A stretch of DNA of 37,473 nucleotides from Rhodospirillales bacterium (lineage in GTDB: Bacteria > Pseudomonadota > Alphaproteobacteria > Bin95), in NCBI GenBank assembly GCA_038143065.1, contig JAYQLI010000032.1, positions 1 through 37,473 on the forward strand, given 5' to 3'. The position numbers were made by a program, and so were the translations under genes. Positions 32,992-37,473 of the stretch are shown in pieces (position 1 is the stretch's first letter; each line of letters starts with the position of its first letter). The notes under the pieces are model-generated. The model saw only the letters and a program-made list of their open reading frames with translations. It did not search any database and was not told the DNA's origin.

Positions 32992-34047
32992 ATGGCAATA
33001 CAAATCAAAGGTCCAGGCATTTTTCTGGCGCAATTCGCTGGTGATTTGGCTCCGTTTAATTCACTCGAGAACATTACGGCATGGGCAGCAGACTTGGGAT
33101 ATAAAGGGGTGCAAATCCCAACCTTTGATACCGGGCTGTTTGATCTAGAAAAGGCTGCGACGAGTGACACGTATTGCGATGAAGTTCTTGGTATCTGTGC
33201 TGATGCAGGTGTCGAAATCACAGAACTATCGACCCATTTACAAGGACAATTGGTTGCAGTTAATCCTGCATATAATGAAGCATTTGATGCTTTTGCACCA
33301 CCGGCAGTGCACAGAAATCCTTCCGCCAGAACTGAGTGGGCTGTTGATCAATTAAAAAAGGCTGCGTTGGCTTCGCACAAATTAGGGCTTGAGCACACCG
33401 TGAGCTTCACAGGTTCCTTAGCCTTTCCGTTCCTGTATCCTTGGCCACAACGTCCTGCAGGGTTGGTTGAAGAGGCTTTTGCCGAGCTCGGACGTCGGTG
33501 GACCCCAATTTTGGATCACTATAAGGAATACGGTCAAGATATCGGTTTTGAAATCCATCCAGGTGAAGATGTGTTTGATGGCGCAACATTTGAAATGTTT
33601 GTTGATGCTTGTGGCGGTCATGAAGCCGCTATGATTAACTACGATCCGTCGCATTTCTTGCTGCAGCAAATGGATTATCTGGCATTTATCGACATCTATC
33701 ATGACCGTATTAATGCGTTCCACGTCAAAGACGCCGAATTTAATCCAGACGGGCGTCAGGGAGTGTATTCTGGCTATCAATCGTGGATCAACCGCGCGGG
33801 GCGGTTCCGCAGTTTGGGCGATGGTCAGGTCGATTTTGCGGGTATCTTTTCCAAATTGATCCAGCATGGGTACGACAGCTGGGCCGTAATGGAATGGGAA
33901 TGCTGTATCAAATCACCTGAACAGGGCGCTGCCGAAGGTGCGCCGTTCATTGCAAGCCACATGATCGATGTAACCGAAGTAGCTTTTGATGATTTTGCGG
34001 GCGGCGAACGGGATGATGCACAAATCAAAAGGATGCTGGGCCTATGA
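32992..34047 (+). CDS. Sugar-phosphate isomerase/epimerase family TIM-barrel protein (long, IolH/hydratase-like type)
   Basis: Intact 351 aa ORF. KGPGIFLAQFAGD, FEIHPGED, YDPSH, FHVKD, FRSLGDGQVDF, MEWEC. Confidence 0.9.
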   Translation: MAIQIKGPGIFLAQFAGDLAPFNSLENITAWAADLGYKGVQIPTFDTGLFDLEKAATSDTYCDEVLGICADAGVEITELSTHLQGQLVAVNPAYNEAFDAFAPPAVHRNPSARTEWAVDQLKKAALASHKLGLEHTVSFTGSLAFPFLYPWPQRPAGLVEEAFAELGRRWTPILDHYKEYGQDIGFEIHPGEDVFDGATFEMFVDACGGHEAAMINYDPSHFLLQQMDYLAFIDIYHDRINAFHVKDAEFNPDGRQGVYSGYQSWINRAGRFRSLGDGQVDFAGIFSKLIQHGYDSWAVMEWECCIKSPEQGAAEGAPFIASHMIDVTEVAFDDFAGGERDDAQIKRMLGL

Positions 34048-35153
34048 CGCGTCTGAAACTTGGGATGGTCGGCGGTGGCCAAGGCGCGTTTATCGGTGCC
34101 GTGCATCGAATTGCATCTAGGATTGATGGCAGGTTTGAATTAGAAGCAGGTGCGTTATCGTCGGATCCTGCCCGTGCCGCTCAGTCTGCGGCGGAATTGG
34201 GTATAGAACGATCTTATGATAATTTTGAAGCTATGGCTGTGGTGAGGTCTGCTCGCGCAGATGGCATTGACGCTGTGGCGATTGTAACCCCAAACCATAT
34301 GCACGCAGGACCAGCTATCGCGTTTTTGAATGCGGGTATTCATGTGATTTGTGACAAGCCTTTGGCCGCTACTATTGAGGATGTCAAAGCAATAGAGAAC
34401 GCAGTTAGCAAGTCGACAGCACGATTTTTCTTGACTCACAATTACACGGGTTACCCGCTTATTCGTCAAGCGCGCGAAATAGTTGCTAATGGAGAATTGG
34501 GAAATGTGCGTATCATCCAGGCTGAATATGCGCAAGATTGGTTGACAGAGGCGGTAGGTTCGTCGAACAAACAAGCGGATTGGCGGACTGACCCTGCGCG
34601 TGCAGGAGCAGGGTGTATTGGTGATATAGGTACCCACGCATTTAACATAGCGACATTTGTGACTGGCATGGTGCCGAATGAATTGTCGGCTGAGCTTTCG
34701 AGTTTTGTTTCGGGACGTCAGGTTGATGACAATGCGTTTATTCGCCTGCGATATCAAAATGGAGCACGCGGTACAATTTGGTCATCACAAGTTGCGGTAG
34801 GCTGTGAAAATGGCTTGAAATTGAGGGTCTATGGTGACAAGGGCGGATTGGAATGGAACCAAGAAAACCCAAACCAAATGACATTTGCGCGATTTGGTGA
34901 ACCCAAGCAAATAATTACACGTGGTGGTGCTGGTTTAGGATCTGGTGCTGGACGTTGGACGCGTATTCCTCCTGGTCATCCAGAAGGCTATCTAGAAGGT
35001 TTTGCGAATCTTTACAACGATATCGCTGATATTATTTCCGGAAAAAATGACAACGGATTGGTTCCTGATTTATCCGCCGGTGTAGACGGAATGTGGTTTA
35101 TTGCTTCATGTATTGATAGTTCAAATACAAATGGCAGTTGGATAAAGCGATAA
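34044..35153 (+). CDS. Gfo/Idh/MocA-family NAD(P) oxidoreductase
   Basis: GMVGGGQGAFIGAVH, IVTPNHMH, HVICDKP, GDIGTHA, PPGHPEGYLEGFANLY. ATGA overlap with the upstream gene. Confidence 0.93.
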   Translation: MTRLKLGMVGGGQGAFIGAVHRIASRIDGRFELEAGALSSDPARAAQSAAELGIERSYDNFEAMAVVRSARADGIDAVAIVTPNHMHAGPAIAFLNAGIHVICDKPLAATIEDVKAIENAVSKSTARFFLTHNYTGYPLIRQAREIVANGELGNVRIIQAEYAQDWLTEAVGSSNKQADWRTDPARAGAGCIGDIGTHAFNIATFVTGMVPNELSAELSSFVSGRQVDDNAFIRLRYQNGARGTIWSSQVAVGCENGLKLRVYGDKGGLEWNQENPNQMTFARFGEPKQIITRGGAGLGSGAGRWTRIPPGHPEGYLEGFANLYNDIADIISGKNDNGLVPDLSAGVDGMWFIASCIDSSNTNGSWIKR

Positions 35154-35322
35154 TATTAGGTTGTGTTAGAATAGCCCCCTTTAAACGTGCATAGACAGCC
35201 TACGGAAGTTTACCTTAATCTATGCCTCTTGTCGCCAACTGTTCAAACTGCATAGGGTCATGTTCAAAATGTAGTACTTTCAATTGATCCGATTTAAGCT
35301 GCTCTAATAATGTCTAAAAAAT

Positions 35323-35832
35323 TCATATTAATAATGGTAACCATAACCCTAATCCGAATGCCGTATGCGCAATCAAACCAACTAAACGACCAAATTGTGG
35401 ATTAGCAGTTTTGGTGAGCGCAATACCTAAACCAATACAGGGGTGTAGAAAAAACCAACCTGCTGATATAGTGAACCAACCGAATGACAAAGCGCTAATG
35501 ATTAGTGGAAGATCAATCCAGTTTACGGAAATCAAATAAAAGAAAAACAGACCATAAACAGCACCAACAGTATAATGAAATGACCATCCTAATTGATTTT
35601 CGTATGCGTAACTTCTGGCCAGTGAAATATCGTCATGTATGACGCGGCCGCGCATGCACTCAACAACCCATCTTCCAACTGGACGCCAATTCGGCTTATC
35701 AAAGCCGAATAATCTGTTAGCAATCACAAGCCATAGATCCATCACGATAGTCGCACAGACACCAATTACAATGCCGGTTTGTACATCAAAATGTTCCAAA
35801 TTTTTCTCCAATTTTTTCGATGGAAATGACAA
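35323..35832 (-). CDS. DUF2938-family membrane protein
   Basis: GVCATIVMDLW, NWRPVGRWV, LGWSFHY and AHTAFGLGLW pattern. Confidence 0.75.
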   Translation of the reverse strand: MSFPSKKLEKNLEHFDVQTGIVIGVCATIVMDLWLVIANRLFGFDKPNWRPVGRWVVECMRGRVIHDDISLARSYAYENQLGWSFHYTVGAVYGLFFFYLISVNWIDLPLIISALSFGWFTISAGWFFLHPCIGLGIALTKTANPQFGRLVGLIAHTAFGLGLWLPLLI

Positions 35833-36120
35833 ATCTATTTAGCATCATCTCTCTTTAAGATTACCTGTAACTCGATCAGCGGCAACAGCAATTATCGCTT
35901 CATCGGCGACCCCTTGAGTTTGCCAGAGTTAACCGTAGTGATTTTCCAGCCGTATTTTGTGCCATTTTCATGTTCGATGTAATAACGTAGAGTATGAATT
36001 TGTAGTTGTGAAATTGTAGTGAAAGGGTTTGTCTGGATTGTTAGATAAGAGTAATGTTACAAATCGATCACACCTATTGCTGCACAGCCCGCATACATAT
36101 AACTGCAATTGAGAAACCCA

Positions 36121-37326
36121 ATGTATCGTTTCGAAAATATCCTTTCAATATCGCGCAAAACTGCGGCAAACCATAGCGGTCTTCCAAAGCATCATTTCGT
36201 AGGTGGCAACATCGATGAAGCTACGGTTCCTCTTGCTGCATTGTCAGATGCACTGGTCGATTTATTAAAGGAGGAGGGTCACCATTTCCACCCAAATACG
36301 GTATGAACAGTGGAATGCAAGGTTACCTGCCGCTGCGCGAACAAATCGCGACTATGCTCGGTGAACGGGCTGGGATGGTCGTTAGTGCAGACGAAGTCCT
36401 TCTGACAACAGGATCATTGCAAGCGATGGATTTGGTTAACAAAGCATTATTAGATTCTGGTGACGTCGTTTTAATTGAGGTCTGAAAACTATGCAGGCAC
36501 ATTAACTAAGCTTGATGCATTGGGGTTGAATACATGGGGTCAAAAACGACGATTATGGAATGTGTCCACAAACATTGCGTGAAAAACTGGGCGAGTTAAG
36601 GCAACTGGGGCGATCGCCAAAATATATTTTTCACGATACCTACAATACAAAACCCAACCGGCACTGTGATGCCATTTGAACGTCGTGGCGCGATTTTGGC
36701 TGCAGCCCGTGAATTTGATGTCCCTATTTTGAAGATGATTGCTACGCTGATCTGGTATTTTCTGGGAGCCGACCACCTGCGTTGCACGCTTTGGATACAG
36801 AGGGGCGCGTACTTTATTGTGGAACATTTTCTAAAACCATAGCCCCAGCGTTGCGGGTTGGATATCTAGTGGCAAAATGGCCACTTATGGGTTTATATTA
36901 CCGCTAAAAACAGATGCGGGAAGTGGTGCGTTAGAGCAAATGCTGCTTGCCAAGTTCTTACCAGTGAACTTTGATAATCATGTTAAGAACTTGTTGCCCA
37001 TGCTAGAAGCGAAAGCCAACGCATTATGTGACGCATTGGATGAACACTTTGGCGCTGCCGCATCCTATACCAAACCTGTTGGTGGCATCTACCTATGGGT
37101 CACTCTGCCTGAACATGTCGATACAGAAAAGCTACTGGCCGCTGCGTTGGCTGGTGTTGAAATCAATCCAGGGCCGCATTGGGCCGCAGATAAAACCGCA
37201 AACAAAAACAAAATGCGAATTTGCTTTGGCCATCCAACACATGAAAGCATCAAACAGGGTATCAAAAAATTAGCCGCTGTTTGCTACCAAGAATTTGGCG
37301 TTCCCTCACCAGTGGAAATACGCTAA
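36121..37326 (+). CDS. Fold-type I PLP-dependent aminotransferase (LysN/ARO8-like), multiply frameshifted
   Basis: GYLPLREQI, LTTGSLQAMDL, TIPTIQNPTG, EDDCY, PLP-lysine motif GTFSKTIAPALRVGY, PVGGIYLW, MRICF. No N-terminal HTH. Confidence 0.85.
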
Positions 37327-37473
37327 ATTAAGATCGTTCTCAAAACCTGGTGGTTTCTAGCATCACTGCAACGCTGCTATAATTAGGTGGAGCAGGACTG
37401 TGCGCTTGTTGCGAAGGTTATCAACCTAATATTGATACAATTTCATTGTTCATGTAAAAAGCCGCAACTATAC

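Noticed and set aside
34155-34757. Long antisense ORFs (200 aa here; also 33418-33867, 31195-31656, 25659-26087, 21291-21755)
   Set aside because: They are shadows of well-supported genes on the opposite strand, with no recognisable motifs.
31085-35153. Complete myo-inositol (iol) or rhizopine (moc) pathway
   Set aside because: The families overlap, but iolB, iolC and iolD are absent from the window and the transporter is CUT1 glucoside-type. Not fully excluded.
35833-36120. Possible gene remnant or riboswitch in the DUF2938/aminotransferase intergenic region
   Set aside because: Only short interrupted frames and no RNA motif I can recognise.
36121-37326. MocR/GabR-type regulator
   Set aside because: No N-terminal winged HTH; the length fits a stand-alone aminotransferase.
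1-37473. CRISPR array, tRNA/rRNA, prophage or defence genes
   Set aside because: No regularly spaced repeats, structural RNA signatures or matching proteins seen. Nearly all the sequence is accounted for by metabolic genes.

Overview
A carbohydrate-catabolism region. The gene set and protein sequences suggest an alphaproteobacterium, probably Rhodobacterales/Rhizobiales-like (inference). Left to right: (1) a GC-richer module with a CUT1 oligosaccharide ABC transporter, a GH78 alpha-L-rhamnosidase and a divergent LacI regulator, ending at an IS6-family element; (2) a Rhizobium-style L-rhamnose locus (rhaD and isomerase divergent from rhaR-S-T-P-Q-M-K) whose isomerase is the E. coli-type RhaA; (3) a GH3 beta-glucosidase divergent from a ThuA-domain gene; (4) a minus-strand run of LacI, DMT transporter, TolB-like beta-propeller and TauE; (5) a glucoside-type ABC transporter behind two perfect LacI-type operators, followed by TIM-barrel/Gfo/TIM-barrel/Gfo enzymes; (6) a DUF2938 protein and a PLP aminotransferase. 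The best system candidate is module 5 plus ThuA as a non-hydrolytic 3-ketoglycoside pathway next to a hydrolytic rhamnoglucoside route. Many genes carry small indels, most likely long-read consensus errors, so their coordinates are reconstructed and approximate. I saw no rRNA, tRNA or CRISPR array. Family calls come from motif recognition, not database searches.
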